Shown: in pieces, positions 33,571 through 45,662 of the stretch
Layout: each line of letters opens with the position of its first letter
Position numbering within the stretch: position 1 is the stretch's first letter
Source of the DNA: Balanoglossus misakiensis
Lineage: Eukaryota; Animalia; Hemichordata
Reading direction: 5' to 3'
NCBI GenBank assembly: GCA_040954595.2
Contig: CM082587.2
Span: 9,119,403-9,183,402, forward strand
Length of the DNA stretch: 64,000 nt
Made by a program: the position numbers and the translations under genes
The notes under the pieces: model-generated
Database searches by the model: none
The model's input: only the letters and a program-made list of their open reading frames with translations
Told to the model about the DNA's origin: nothing

Positions 33571-34560
33571 ACACCGACGCATGGAGATTGTTCATTTTGG
33601 TCACCAACAACATCCAGGATGTCATCGAGCCAACTCAAAGAAGATGCGGAGAATTCTGGACAAAGCAAAATGGAGACACATCACACCAATGCCAAGGATA
33701 CAAAGGATCTGGCCAAAATGGACAAATCGGAAAGTTCGGATGCACAATCAGTGTTCAAGAAGAAAGAAATTCCTAAATTGAGTGATGACAGCAATAGTCT
33801 AAATGAAGTTGAGAGTATCGTTTCCAATGTTGACATTCCTACCAACTGGTCGTCTGATCTATTGTCACTGCCTTTGTCCTCGCCACATTCTCAAGTTAAC
33901 ATCAGAGAGAGTAGTCCAGTGCCCAAATATAAGAAATCACCGTTACGCGAGGGAGCATCATCCTCAGATCAGAGAGTCAGTTTTCAGAAATGTTTTGAGA
34001 AGTCCATTCTGCAGACAAGTAGCAGTTCCCCTACACCATCCATGGCTAAAGTTACGCAGCAGAGATCTGGAGAACATGTCAATAAGCACTTGCCAAGTAA
34101 ACCTAGAGAAAAGACCTCACTTGACAACAAAGCCAGTAGTTCTATAGATTTAAGTGTTGATCAAAATATCAGTGAAACAGGCCAAAAACAACCATCAGAC
34201 AAGGAAGTTAGTCATAGCAAGTCTGGCGGTTTTGCTGGTCTTACAGCTCAGCAATTGACTGGTCTTGCAGAGAGCAGGGACTTTGGAACTATGGTTAGTC
34301 AACTCGTAGAGAGTCTAGTCGGTTCAAAATCTGAGAGCCACTTGGGGGGGAGTCATGCAGATGAAGCAGACGAACAGACATCTGTTGCTGACAGACTACC
34401 GTTATTTGGTGAAACTGACAACCCTATGTCTGAAGATCATGGAATTGATCCAGACAGTGAGTTGCAACTTGCATATGATCTCAGTCAATTTGTTGGGAGT
34501 GCATCCTCTACCAGTGATATTATGAAGGCCTTTGGGGATTCTGATGAAGATGATCAATAA
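33571..34560 (+). CDS. CABIN1: CABIN1 terminal coding exon (Ser-rich disordered tail, stop TAA)
   Basis: tttcctctag acceptor, phase 0, in frame with the 313-aa ORF 33619-34560; ends DSDEDDQ*. Confidence 0.8.
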   Translation, partial: TPTHGDCSFWSPTTSRMSSSQLKEDAENSGQSKMETHHTNAKDTKDLAKMDKSESSDAQSVFKKKEIPKLSDDSNSLNEVESIVSNVDIPTNWSSDLLSLPLSSPHSQVNIRESSPVPKYKKSPLREGASSSDQRVSFQKCFEKSILQTSSSSPTPSMAKVTQQRSGEHVNKHLPSKPREKTSLDNKASSSIDLSVDQNISETGQKQPSDKEVSHSKSGGFAGLTAQQLTGLAESRDFGTMVSQLVESLVGSKSESHLGGSHADEADEQTSVADRLPLFGETDNPMSEDHGIDPDSELQLAYDLSQFVGSASSTSDIMKAFGDSDEDDQ

Positions 34561-35996
34561 TAGTCTAGAAAGCCCCATTAAATGATTATTGACTTCTTTT
34601 AATTGGCTATAACTGCTGGTCTGTTTGAAGTGCAGTTTGCTGTGTAGGCCCCTTTCTATGCCCCAGTTTGGTCAAACAGCAATATTGTATTGGTACTGAG
34701 AAATCTTTGCCATTTTGGTCAAAAATCATTTTTTTAGAAAGGTTATGTCAAATTAATTCACAAGAATCCAACTGTAACTGATATTCATGTACATCAAACC
34801 TGAATGTAACATTTCTCATCAAATGGGAGCGCAAACAAATTTAATGAGCAGGTAATATTTTGGAATTGTAAGAACTGTTTAGGTTTTCGTGGGTGTGTGG
34901 CCTGTAGTTGTCTATAGAGATCACACTGACAGTGTTGGCACCATATGTGATGAAACTTTCTACAGATATCAATCTTGTAAGGTTAGGAAACTTCCTTGAG
35001 GTACTCTCCCCATATTGGGTACTCTGAAGAAAGAGACACTTTGCTGTTGCAATGATGCTAATTTTCATATGTAAAGAACTTTCTTAATTTTAATTAGTGA
35101 TATACATTGTATTTCCAAAATTACTACACATAATGTAATGCAACTTGGTACGGTACATATATTGATCAGACGATGTAAACATTTGGCAATGTCTTGTAAA
35201 TTATTAAAGTGCTAATTTGTATTTTTAATGAACTTGTGCAGTTAGCACTGTAAATCCAGAATTACTACACTAAATTCAATTAAACTTGGTGGAGATACCT
35301 TCTGCTTATAGATTATACTGTATGAAGAGAAACTTGTCAAAAAATACCTGTGAATATTTAATGAACTTTTATAATTCCTGACATGATTCTAGAATGACTG
35401 CACCACTTTTGGTGAAACTTGCTATGTATATCATGCTGACTGTACTATTATAAATTTAGAAATTTCATGTCATTGCATCTAAATAATAAAACTTGCTGGT
35501 GTCACAGATTAAACTGTATGGAGAGATGCTTAATATAAATTTATTTAATGAACCTTTCAGTTGAAAATTTGCTGAAATGTGCTGTAGATCCTGTTCTTAA
35601 AGATATCTCTCATTTATTAGTATGAAAATGTTAATTTGCTTATTAAATGAACTTTTGAAATTACTGATATAAAGCCAGAGCTACTGATTAATTTTAAGAA
35701 AGCTGACTAGAGAAATTTATCTCAGTGAGAAGGCATTGTCAACTTATTTAACTCTGCTTTGAACTTAGGGATATATTTGCAAAATTACTGTGCCAACATT
35801 TGCTGAAATTTGATTTGGGTGGTGGCTGCCCTGGTTCATATCTGCACACTATAATTACAGGGAAATACAAGCACAGGTGTATATATTCAGTTCCTTTCAG
35901 GTTTGCATTTGTACTTTGGACAGCAATGTTTGTTTGTTGCATTTGTCTCACACAATTGGCTGTATTCCATCTTCAGTACTGACCTGTATTCCTCAA

Positions 35997-36332
35997 TTAA
36001 AGGGACAAAGTCTCTCTCTCGCAGCCCTTTTTCCAATTATTATGTTTGATACAAGACACTGTTTATGTTATTCTACATGTGGATATATAGTGAATCAACC
36101 TTCAACCACACACAACTTCCGTCCCGTCTGTAGGATATGAGAGTAAAAAGTTCGCCAAAATGATTATTCATTTTGGCAAGTTTTTCACTCTCGTGTCTAC
36201 AAGTGGGATGGAAAATTATGTTGTCGAATGTTGTTTCACTTTACATCAACATGATGAATAACATAAGCGGTGTCTTGTATCAAGCATAATTAATGAAAAG
36301 GGGGCAGTGAGAGAGATATTTTATCCCTTTAA
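35997..36332. mobile_element. Family A foldback MITE in the putative CABIN1 3' UTR
   Basis: TTAA-flanked palindromic copy. Confidence 0.85.
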
Positions 36333-36607
36333 TTGTAGGTGCATCCATCATGTACAGGGCATTTCAACATGTCTCCGTCAATAGCAAGCAAACATATATT
36401 CAACAAAACAAGTTATGTTGAAAAGAGGTAACAAGGTTGGTAATACTGTAGATTATGGGAATGTGTAGAATTAGTTTACAATTGAATAATACTGGCAAAT
36501 TTTCAACAAATGAAATTTATTAAAGATATACTAGTAATTTCCATTATTAATGTTGGATGAAAGACATGTTTTGTGCTGTACAAATATACCAGTACATGTC
36601 TTTAATT

Positions 36608-36613
36608 AATAAA
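36608..36613 (+). promoter_or_regulatory. Candidate CABIN1 polyadenylation signal
   Basis: AATAAA followed ~25 nt later by GT/T-rich sequence; an alternative AATAAA lies at ~35485. Confidence 0.45.
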
Positions 36614-36962
36614 CATATTTGTTATAAAATCAGATGTCTGGTTTAATTTTATATAAATTTGATGGTGTTGAAAGGTGACTGTATGTATTCACATACCTTC
36701 ATGTCTTGTACATACAGGAATCATATAAACACTATCCAACTACCACGAAAGTATTAAGTTTACCCAATCATGATTGCAATTGTCTAATCACAACAATAAT
36801 TATATTAATTTTCATATGTGTTCAATAAGAAAAATGATTGAGAATCACCTGGTAATTCACTTCGTGTTCATTACCCTCGAAGATAGTCTGTAAAATAATA
36901 GTGCATTGCCTTATACTATTTTGAATCCTGAATTGATGGTATCATGGAATTCAGGCACTTGC

Positions 36963-37060
36963 ATACGCCGGTTCTTGTCCGATCACCGAAGCAAACCTGC
37001 GTTGGACGTAGTTAGTACTTGGATGGGAGACCGCCTGGGAATACTACGTGCTGTAGGCTT
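36963..37060 (+). pseudogene. 5'-truncated 5S rRNA gene (nt 23-120)
   Basis: First ~22 nt replaced by unique flank; private substitutions. Confidence 0.85.
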
Positions 37061-37298
37061 CAATTTGTTTTTTTAACTTTGCCATTAAAGAATCGTGTCG
37101 GGTTATATTTTTTCTCGCATGTGTCCGTTTTATTCCTTTTTATCCAAGTGCCTTCATTCTATGATTACTTTTTGCAAAACAGAACAAACCAAACCACAAT
37201 TTTTTATAGCCCCCTTGCCTTATAAGATACGGAAGATCGCTCGGTCACACACAAAATTGGCCAGATCGGGCTATGTGTTCAATAGTATAGACTTGGGG

Positions 37299-37305
37299 TT
37301 TATAG
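37299..37305 (+). promoter_or_regulatory. TATA-like element at -30 of the 5S gene (present in every unit)
   Basis: TTTATAG 30 nt upstream of +1, with C at -1. Confidence 0.6.
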
Positions 37306-37328
37306 CAGTAGAAATTCAAGCATCCTTC

Positions 37329-37448
37329 GCCTACGGCCATACCACGTAGAATACGCCGGTTCTCGTCTGATCACCGAAGCAAACCTGCGTTGGACGTAGT
37401 TAGTACTTGGATGGGAGACCGCCTGGGAATACTACGTGCTGTAGGCTT
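37329..37448 (+). rRNA. 5S rRNA (G66A variant)
   Basis: GCCTACGGCCATACC...AGTACTTGGATGGGAGACC...TGCTGTAGGCTT, 120 nt, helix I pairs. Confidence 0.93.
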
Positions 37449-37455
37449 CAATTTG

Positions 37456-37462
37456 TTTTTTT
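37456..37462 (+). terminator. Pol III oligo-T terminator (present in every unit)
   Basis: GGCTT-CAATTTG-TTTTTTT. Confidence 0.75.
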
Positions 37463-37721
37463 AACTTTGCCATTAAAGAATCGTGTCGGGTTATATTTTT
37501 TCTCGCATGTGTCCGTTTTATTCCTTTTTATCCAAGTGCCTTCATTCTATGATTACTTTTTGCAAAACAGAACAAACCAAATTAAACCACAATTTTTTAT
37601 AGCCCCCTTGCCTTCTAAGATACGGAAGATCGCTCGGTCACACACAAAATTGGCCAGATCGGGCTATGTGTTCAATAGTATAGACTTGGGGTTTATAGCA
37701 GTAGAAATTCAAGCATCCTTC

Positions 37722-37841
37722 GCCTACGGCCATACCACGTAGAATACGCCGGTTCTCGTCTGATCACCGAAGCAAACCTGCGTTGGACGTAGTTAGTACT
37801 TGGATGGGAGACCGCCTGGGAATACTACGTGCTGTAGGCTT
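37722..37841 (+). rRNA. 5S rRNA (G66A variant)
   Basis: Array copy. Confidence 0.93.
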
Positions 37842-38114
37842 CAATTTGTTTTTTTAACTTTGCCATTAAAGAATCGTGTCGGGTTATATTTTTTCTCGCA
37901 TGTGTCCGTTTTATTCCTTTTTATCCAAGTGCCTTCATTCTATGATTACTTTTTGCAAAACAGAACAAACCAAATTAAACCACAATTTTTTATAGCCCCC
38001 TTGCCTTCTAAGATACGGAAGATCGCTCGGTCACACACAAAATTGGCCAGATCGGGCTATGTGTTCAATAGTATAGACTTGGGGTTTATAGCAGTAGAAA
38101 TTCAAGCATCCTTC

Positions 38115-38234
38115 GCCTACGGCCATACCACGTAGAATACGCCGGTTCTCGTCTGATCACCGAAGCAAACCTGCGTTGGGCGTAGTTAGTACTTGGATGG
38201 GAGACCGCCTGGGAATACTACGTGCTGTAGGCTT
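38115..38234 (+). rRNA. 5S rRNA
   Basis: Array consensus copy. Confidence 0.96.
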
Positions 38235-38507
38235 CAATTTGTTTTTTTAACTTTGCCATTAAAGAATCGTGTCGGGTTATATTTTTTCTCGCATGTGTCC
38301 GTTTTATTCCTTTTTATCCAAGTGCCTTCATTCTATGATTACTTTTTGCAAAACAGAACAAACCAAATTAAACCACAATTTTTTATAGCCCCCTTGCCTT
38401 CTAAGATACGGAAGATCGCTCGGTCACACACAAAATTGGCCAGATCGGGCTATGTGTTCAATAGTATAGACTTGGGGTTTATAGCAGTAGAAATTCAAGC
38501 ATCCTTC

Positions 38508-38627
38508 GCCTACGGCCATACCACGTAGAATACGCCGGTTCTCGTCTGATCACCGAAGCAAACCTGCGTTGGGCGTAGTTAGTACTTGGATGGGAGACCG
38601 CCTGGGAATACTACGTGCTGTAGGCTT
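38508..38627 (+). rRNA. 5S rRNA
   Basis: Array copy. Confidence 0.96.
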
Positions 38628-38902
38628 CAATTTGTTTTTTTTTTTTTTAACTTTGCCATTAAAGAATCGTGTCGGGTTATATTTTTTCTCGCATGTGTCC
38701 GTTTTATTCCTTTTTATCCAAGTGCCTTCATTCTATGATTACTTTTTGCAAAACAGAACAAACCAAACCACAATTTTTTATAGCCCCCTTGCCTTATAAG
38801 GTATGGAAGATCGCTCGGTCACACACAAAATTGGCCAGATCGGGCTATGTGTTCAATTTTATAGACTTGGGGTTTATAGCAGTAGAAATTCAAGTATCCT
38901 TC

Positions 38903-39022
38903 GCCTACGGCCATACCACGTAGAATACGCCGGTTCTCGTCTGATCACCGAAGCAAACCTGCGTTGGGCGTAGTTAGTACTTGGATGGGAGACCGCCTGG
39001 GAATACTACGTGCTGTAGGCTT
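38903..39022 (+). rRNA. 5S rRNA
   Basis: Array copy. Confidence 0.96.
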
Positions 39023-39290
39023 CAATTTGTTTTTTTAACTTTGCCATTAAAGAATCGTGTCGGGTTATATTTTTTCTCGCATGTGTCCGTTTTATTCCTT
39101 TTTATCCAAGTGCCTTCATTCTATGATTACTTTTTGCAAAACAGAACAAATTAAACCACAATTTTTTATAGCCCCCTTGCCTTCTAAGATACGGAAGATC
39201 GCTCGGTCACACACAAAATTGGCCAGATCGGGCTATGTGTTCAATAGTATAGACTTGGGGTTTATAGCAGTAGAAATTCAAGCATCCTTC

Positions 39291-39410
39291 GCCTACGGCC
39301 ATACCACGTAGAATACGCCGGTTCTCGTCTGATCACCGAAGCAAACCTGCGTTGGGCGTAGTTAGTACTTGGATGGGAGACCGCCTGGGAATACTACGTG
39401 CTGTAGGCTT
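39291..39410 (+). rRNA. 5S rRNA
   Basis: Array copy. Confidence 0.96.
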
Positions 39411-39683
39411 CAATTTGTTTTTTTAACTTTGCCATTAAAGAATCGTGTCGGGTTATATTTTTTCTCGCATGTGTCCGTTTTATTCCTTTTTAGCCAAGTG
39501 CCTTCATTCTATGATTACTTTTTGCAAAACAGAACAAACCAAATTAAACCACAATTTTTTATAGCCCCCTTGCCTTATAAGGTACGGAAGATCGCTCGGT
39601 CACACACAAAATTGGCCAGATCGGGCTATGTGTTCAATAGTATAGACTTGGGGTTTATAGCAGTAGAAATTCAAGCATCCTTC

Positions 39684-39803
39684 GCCTACGGCCATACCAC
39701 GTAGAATACGCCGGTTCTCGTCTGATCACCGAAGCAAACCTGCGTTGGGCGTAGTTAGTACTTGGATGGGAGACCGCCTGGGAATACTACGTGCTGTAGG
39801 CTT
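39684..39803 (+). rRNA. 5S rRNA
   Basis: Array copy. Confidence 0.96.
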
Positions 39804-40077
39804 CAAATTGTTTTTTTTTTTTTAACTTTGCCATTAAAGAATCGTGTCGGGTTATATTTTTTCTCGCATGTGTCCGTTTTATTCCTTTTTATCCAAGTGC
39901 CTTCATTCTATGATTACTTTTTGCAAAACAGAACAAACCAAACCACAATTTTTTATAGCCCCCTTGCCTTATAAGGTATGGAAGATCGCTCGGTCACACA
40001 CAAAATTGGCCAGATCGGGCTATGTGTTCAATTTTATAGACTTGGGGTTTATAGCAGTAGAAATTCAAGTATCCTTC

Positions 40078-40197
40078 GCCTACGGCCATACCACGTAGAA
40101 TACGCCGGTTCTCGTCTGATCACCGAAGCAAACCTGCGTTGGGCGTAGTTAGTACTTGGATGGGAGACCGCCTGGGAATACTACGTGCTGTAGGCTT
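40078..40197 (+). rRNA. 5S rRNA
   Basis: Array copy. Confidence 0.96.
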
Positions 40198-40465
40198 CAA
40201 TTTGTTTTTTTAACTTTGCCATTAAAGAATCGTGTCGGGTTATATTTTTTCTCGCATGTGTCCGTTTTATTCCTTTTTAGCCAAGTGCCTTCATTCTATG
40301 ATTACTTTTTGCAAAACAGAACAAATTAAACCACAATTTTTTATAGCCCCCTTGCCTTCTAAGATACGGAAGATCGCTCGGTCACACACAAAATTGGCCA
40401 GATCGGGCTATGTGTTCAATAGTATAGACTTGGGGTTTATAGCAGTAGAAATTCAAGCATCCTTC

Positions 40466-40585
40466 GCCTACGGCCATACCACGTAGAATACGCCGGTTCT
40501 CGTCTGATCACCGAAGCAAACCTGCGTTGGGCGTAGTTAGTACTTGGATGGGAGACCGCCTGGGAATACTACGTGCTGTAGGCTT
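40466..40585 (+). rRNA. 5S rRNA
   Basis: Array copy. Confidence 0.96.
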
Positions 40586-40853
40586 CAATTTGTTTTTTTA
40601 ACTTTGCCATTAAAGAATCGTGTCGGGTTATATTTTTTCTCGCATGTGTCCGTTTTATTCCTTTTTATCCAAGTGCCTTCATTCTATGATTACTTTTTGC
40701 AAAACAGAACAAACCAAACCACAATTTTTTATAGCCCCCTTGCCTTATAAGGTACGGAAGATCGCTCGGTCACACACAAAATTGGCCAGATCGGGCTATG
40801 TGTTCAATAGTATAGACTTGGGGTTTATAGCAGTAGAAATTCAAGCATCCTTC

Positions 40854-40973
40854 GCCTACGGCCATACCACGTAGAATACGCCGGTTCTCGTCTGATCACC
40901 GAAGCAAACCTGCGTTGGGCGTAGTTAGTACTTGGATGGGAGACCGCCTGGGAATACTACGTGCTGTAGGCTT
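40854..40973 (+). rRNA. 5S rRNA
   Basis: Array copy. Confidence 0.96.
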
Positions 40974-41241
40974 CAATTTGTTTTTTTAACTTTGCCATTA
41001 AAGAATCGTGTCGGGTTATATTTTTTCTCGCATGTGTCCGTTTTATTCCTTTTTATCCAAGTGCCTTCATTCTATGATTACTTTTTGCAAAACAGAACAA
41101 ATTAAACCACAATTTTTTATAGCCCCCTTGCCTTCTAAGATACGGAAGATCGCTCGGTCACACACAAAATTGGCCAGATCGGGCTATGTGTTCAATAGTA
41201 TAGACTTGGGGTTTATAGCAGTAGAAATTCAAGCATCCTTC

Positions 41242-41361
41242 GCCTACGGCCATACCACGTAGAATACGCCGGTTCTCGTCTGATCACCGAAGCAAACCTG
41301 CGTTGGGCGTAGTTAGTACTTGGATGGGAGACCGTCTGGGAATACTACGTGCTGTAGGCTT
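41242..41361 (+). rRNA. 5S rRNA (C94T variant)
   Basis: Array copy. Confidence 0.94.
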
Positions 41362-41629
41362 CAATTTGTTTTTTTAACTTTGCCATTAAAGAATCGTGTC
41401 GGGTTATATTTTTTCTCGCATGTGTCCGTTTTATTCCTTTTTATCCAAGTGCCTTCATTCTATGATTACTTTTTGCAAAACAGAACAAACCAAACCACAA
41501 TTTTTTATAGCCCCCTTGCCTTATAAGGTACGGAAGATCGCTCGGTCACACACAAAATTGGCCAGATCGGGCTATGTGTTCAATAGTATAGACTTGGGGT
41601 TTATAGCAGTAGAAATTCAAGCATCCTTC

Positions 41630-41749
41630 GCCTACGGCCATACCACGTAGAATACGCCGGTTCTCGTCTGATCACCGAAGCAAACCTGCGTTGGGCGTAG
41701 TTAGTACTTGGATGGGAGACCGCCTGGGAATACTACGTGCTGTAGGCTT
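41630..41749 (+). rRNA. 5S rRNA
   Basis: Array copy. Confidence 0.96.
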
Positions 41750-42017
41750 CAATTTGTTTTTTTAACTTTGCCATTAAAGAATCGTGTCGGGTTATATTTT
41801 TTCTCGCATGTGTCCGTTTTATTCCTTTTTATCCAAGTGCCTTCATTCTATGATTACTTTTTGCAAAACAGAACAAACCAAACCACAATTTTTTATAGCC
41901 CCCTTGCCTTATAAGATACGGAAGATCGCTCGGTCACACACAAAATTGGCCAGATCGGGCTATGTGTTCAATAGTATAGACTTGGGGTTTATAGCAGTAG
42001 AAATTCAAGCATCCTTC

Positions 42018-42137
42018 GCCTACGGCCATACCACGTAGAATACGCCGGTTCTCGTCTGATCACCGAAGCAAACCTGCGTTGGGCGTAGTTAGTACTTGGA
42101 TGGGAGACCGCCTGGGAATACTACGTGCTGTAGGCTT
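42018..42137 (+). rRNA. 5S rRNA
   Basis: Array copy. Confidence 0.96.
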
Positions 42138-42409
42138 CAATTTGTTTTTTTAACTTTGCCATTAAAGAATCGTGTCGGGTTATATTTTTTCTCGCATGTG
42201 TCCGTTTTATTCCTTTTTATCCAAGTGCCTTCATTCTATGATTACTTTTTGCAAAACGAACAAACCAAATTAAACCACAATTTTTTATAGCCCCCTTGCC
42301 TTCTAAGATACGGAAGATCGCTCGGTCACACACAAAATTGGCCAGATCGGGCTATGTGTTCAATAGTATAGACTTGGGGTTTATAGCAGTAGAAATTCAA
42401 GCATCCTTC

Positions 42410-42529
42410 GCCTACGGCCATACCACGTAGAATACGCCGGTTCTCGTCTGATCACCGAAGCAAACCTGCGTTGGGCGTAGTTAGTACTTGGATGGGAGAC
42501 CGCCTGGGAATACTACGTGCTGTAGGCTT
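42410..42529 (+). rRNA. 5S rRNA
   Basis: Array copy. Confidence 0.96.
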
Positions 42530-42802
42530 CAATTTGTTTTTTTAACTTTGCCATTAAAGAATCGTGTCGGGTTATATTTTTTCTCGCATGTGTCCGTTTT
42601 ATTCCTTTTTATCCAAGTGCCTTCATTCTATGATTACTTTTTGCAAAACAGAACAAACCAAATTAAACCACAATTTTTTATAGCCCCCTTGCCTTCTAAG
42701 ATACGGAAGATCGCTCGGTCACACACAAAATTGGCCAGATCGGGCTATGTGTTCAATAGTATAGACTTGGGGTTTATAGCAGTAGAAATTCAAGCATCCT
42801 TC

Positions 42803-42922
42803 GCCTACGGCCATACCACGTAGAATACGCCGGTTCTCGTCTGATCACCGAAGCAAACCTGCGTTGGGCGTAGTTAGTACTTGGATGGGAGACCGCCTGG
42901 GAATACTACGTGCTGTAGGCTT
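42803..42922 (+). rRNA. 5S rRNA
   Basis: Array copy. Confidence 0.96.
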
Positions 42923-43203
42923 CAAATTGTTTTTGTTTTTTTTTAACTTTGCCATTAAAGAATCGTGTCGGGTTATATTTTTTCTCGCATGTGTCCGTTT
43001 TATTCCTTTTTATCCAAGTGCCTTCATTCTATGATTACTTTTTGCAAAACAGAACAAACCAAATTAAACCACAATTTTTTATAGCCCCCTTGCCTTATAA
43101 GGTACGGAAGATCGCTCGGTCACACACAAAATTGGCCAGATCGGGCTATGTGTTCAATAGTATAGACTTGGGGTTTATAGCAGTAGAAATTCAAGCATCC
43201 TTC

Positions 43204-43323
43204 GCCTACGGCCATACCACGTAGAATACGCCGGTTCTCGTCTGATCACCGAAGCAAACCTGCGTTGGGCGTAGTTAGTACTTGGATGGGAGACCGCCTG
43301 GGAATACTACGTGCTGTAGGCTT
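43204..43323 (+). rRNA. 5S rRNA
   Basis: Array copy. Confidence 0.96.
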
Positions 43324-43596
43324 CAATTTGTTTTTTTAACTTTGCCATTAAAGAATCGTGTCGGGTTATATTTTTTCTCGCATGTGTCCGTTTTATTCCT
43401 TTTTAGCCAAGTGCCTTCATTCTATGATTACTTTTTGCAAAACAGAACAAACCAAATTAAACCACAATTTTTTATAGCCCCCTTGCCTTATAAGGTACGG
43501 AAGATCGCTCGGTCACACACAAAATTGGCCAGATCGGGCTATGTGTTCAATAGTATAGACTTGGGGTTTATAGCAGTAGAAATTCAAGCATCCTTC

Positions 43597-43716
43597 GCCT
43601 ACGGCCATACCACGTAGAATACGCCGGTTCTCGTCTGATCACCGAAGCAAACCTGCGTTGGGCGTAGTTAGTACTTGGATGGGAGACCGCCTGGGAATAC
43701 TACGTGCTGTAGGCTT
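43597..43716 (+). rRNA. 5S rRNA
   Basis: Array copy. Confidence 0.96.
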
Positions 43717-43990
43717 CAAATTGTTTTTTTTTTTTTAACTTTGCCATTAAAGAATCGTGTCGGGTTATATTTTTTCTCGCATGTGTCCGTTTTATTCCTT
43801 TTTATCCAAGTGCCTTCATTCTATGATTACTTTTTGCAAAACAGAACAAACCAAACCACAATTTTTTATAGCCCCCTTGCCTTATAAGGTATGGAAGATC
43901 GCTCGGTCACACACAAAATTGGCCAGATCGGGCTATGTGTTCAATTTTATAGACTTGGGGTTTATAGCAGTAGAAATTCAAGTATCCTTC

Positions 43991-44110
43991 GCCTACGGCC
44001 ATACCACGTAGAATACGCCGGTTCTCGTCTGATCACCGAAGCAAACCTGCGTTGGGCGTAGTTAGTACTTGGATGGGAGACCGCCTGGGAATACTACGTG
44101 CTGTAGGCTT
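43991..44110 (+). rRNA. 5S rRNA
   Basis: Array copy. Confidence 0.96.
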
Positions 44111-44378
44111 CAATTTGTTTTTTTAACTTTGCCATTAAAGAATCGTGTCGGGTTATATTTTTTCTCGCATGTGTCCGTTTTATTCCTTTTTATCCAAGTG
44201 CCTTCATTCTATGATTACTTTTTGCAAAACAGAACAAATTAAACCACAATTTTTTATAGCCCCCTTGCCTTCTAAGATACGGAAGATCGCTCGGTCACAC
44301 ACAAAATTGGCCAGATCGGGCTATGTTTTCAATAGTATAGACTTGGGGTTTATAGCAGTAGAAATTCAAGCATCCTTC

Positions 44379-44498
44379 GCCTACGGCCATACCACGTAGA
44401 ATACGCCGGTTCTCGTCTGATCACCGAAGCAAACCTGCGTTGGGCGTAGTTAGTACTTGGATGGGAGACCGCCTGGGAATACTACGTGCTGTAGGCTT
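44379..44498 (+). rRNA. 5S rRNA
   Basis: Array copy. Confidence 0.96.
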
Positions 44499-44766
44499 CT
44501 ATTTGTTTTTTTAACTTTGCCATTAAAGAATCGTGTCGGGTTATATTTTTTCTCGCATGTGTCCGTTTTATTCCTTTTTATCCAAGTGCCTTCATTCTAT
44601 GATTACTTTTTGCAAAACAGAACAAACCAAACCACAATTTTTTATAGCCCCCTTGCCTTATAAGGTACGGAAGATCGCTCGGTCACACACAAAATTGGCC
44701 AGATCGGGCTATGTGTTCAATAGTATAGACTTGGGGTTTATAGCAGTAGAAATTCAAGCATCCTTC

Positions 44767-44886
44767 GCCTACGGCCATACCACGTAGAATACGCCGGTTC
44801 TCGTCTGATCACCGAAGCAAACCTGCGTTGGGCGTAGTTAGTACTTGGATGGGAGACCGCCTGGGAATACTACGTGCTGTAGGCTT
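44767..44886 (+). rRNA. 5S rRNA
   Basis: Array copy. Confidence 0.96.
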
Positions 44887-45154
44887 CAATTTGTTTTTTT
44901 AACTTTGCCATTAAAGAATCGTGTCGGGTTATATTTTTTCTCGCATGTGTCCGTTTTATTCCTTTTTATCCAAGTGCCTTCATTCTATGATTACTTTTTG
45001 CAAAACAGAACAAATTAAACCACAATTTTTTATAGCCCCCTTGCCTTCTAAGATACGGAAGATCGCTCGGTCACACACAAAATTGGCCAGATCGGGCTAT
45101 GTGTTCAATAGTATAGACTTGGGGTTTATAGCAGTAGAAATTCAAGCATCCTTC

Positions 45155-45274
45155 GCCTACGGCCATACCACGTAGAATACGCCGGTTCTCGTCTGATCAC
45201 CGAAGCAAACCTGCGTTGGGCGTAGTTAGTACTTGGATGGGAGACCGTCTGGGAATACTACGTGCTGTAGGCTT
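45155..45274 (+). rRNA. 5S rRNA (C94T variant)
   Basis: Array copy. Confidence 0.94.
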
Positions 45275-45542
45275 CAATTTGTTTTTTTAACTTTGCCATT
45301 AAAGAATCGTGTCGGGTTATATTTTTTCTCGCATGTGTCCGTTTTATTCCTTTTTATCCAAGTGCCTTCATTCTATGATTACTTTTTGCAAAACAGAACA
45401 AACCAAACCACAATTTTTTATAGCCCCCTTGCCTTATAAGATACGGAAGATCGCTCGGTCACACACAAAATTGGCCAGATCGGGCTATGTGTTCAATAGT
45501 ATAGACTTGGGGTTTATAGCAGTAGAAATTCAAGCATCCTTC

Positions 45543-45662
45543 GCCTACGGCCATACCACGTAGAATACGCCGGTTCTCGTCTGATCACCGAAGCAAACCT
45601 GCGTTGGGCGTAGTTAGTACTTGGATGGGAGACCGCCTGGGAATACTACGTGCTGTAGGCTT
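45543..45662 (+). rRNA. 5S rRNA
   Basis: Array copy. Confidence 0.96.

Noticed and set aside
36900-36962. TTGCCTTATA spacer-like 10-mer, and ATTCAGGC/GCCTGAAT inverted 8-mer shared with the right flank (~62342)
   Set aside because: Too short to distinguish from chance; not a convincing TSD or TIR for the array.
37449-37721. Second small RNA gene (SL RNA, snRNA, tRNA) linked in the 5S spacer
   Set aside because: No cloverleaf, B-box or recognisable snRNA/SL sequence by eye; an Infernal scan would be needed to exclude it fully.
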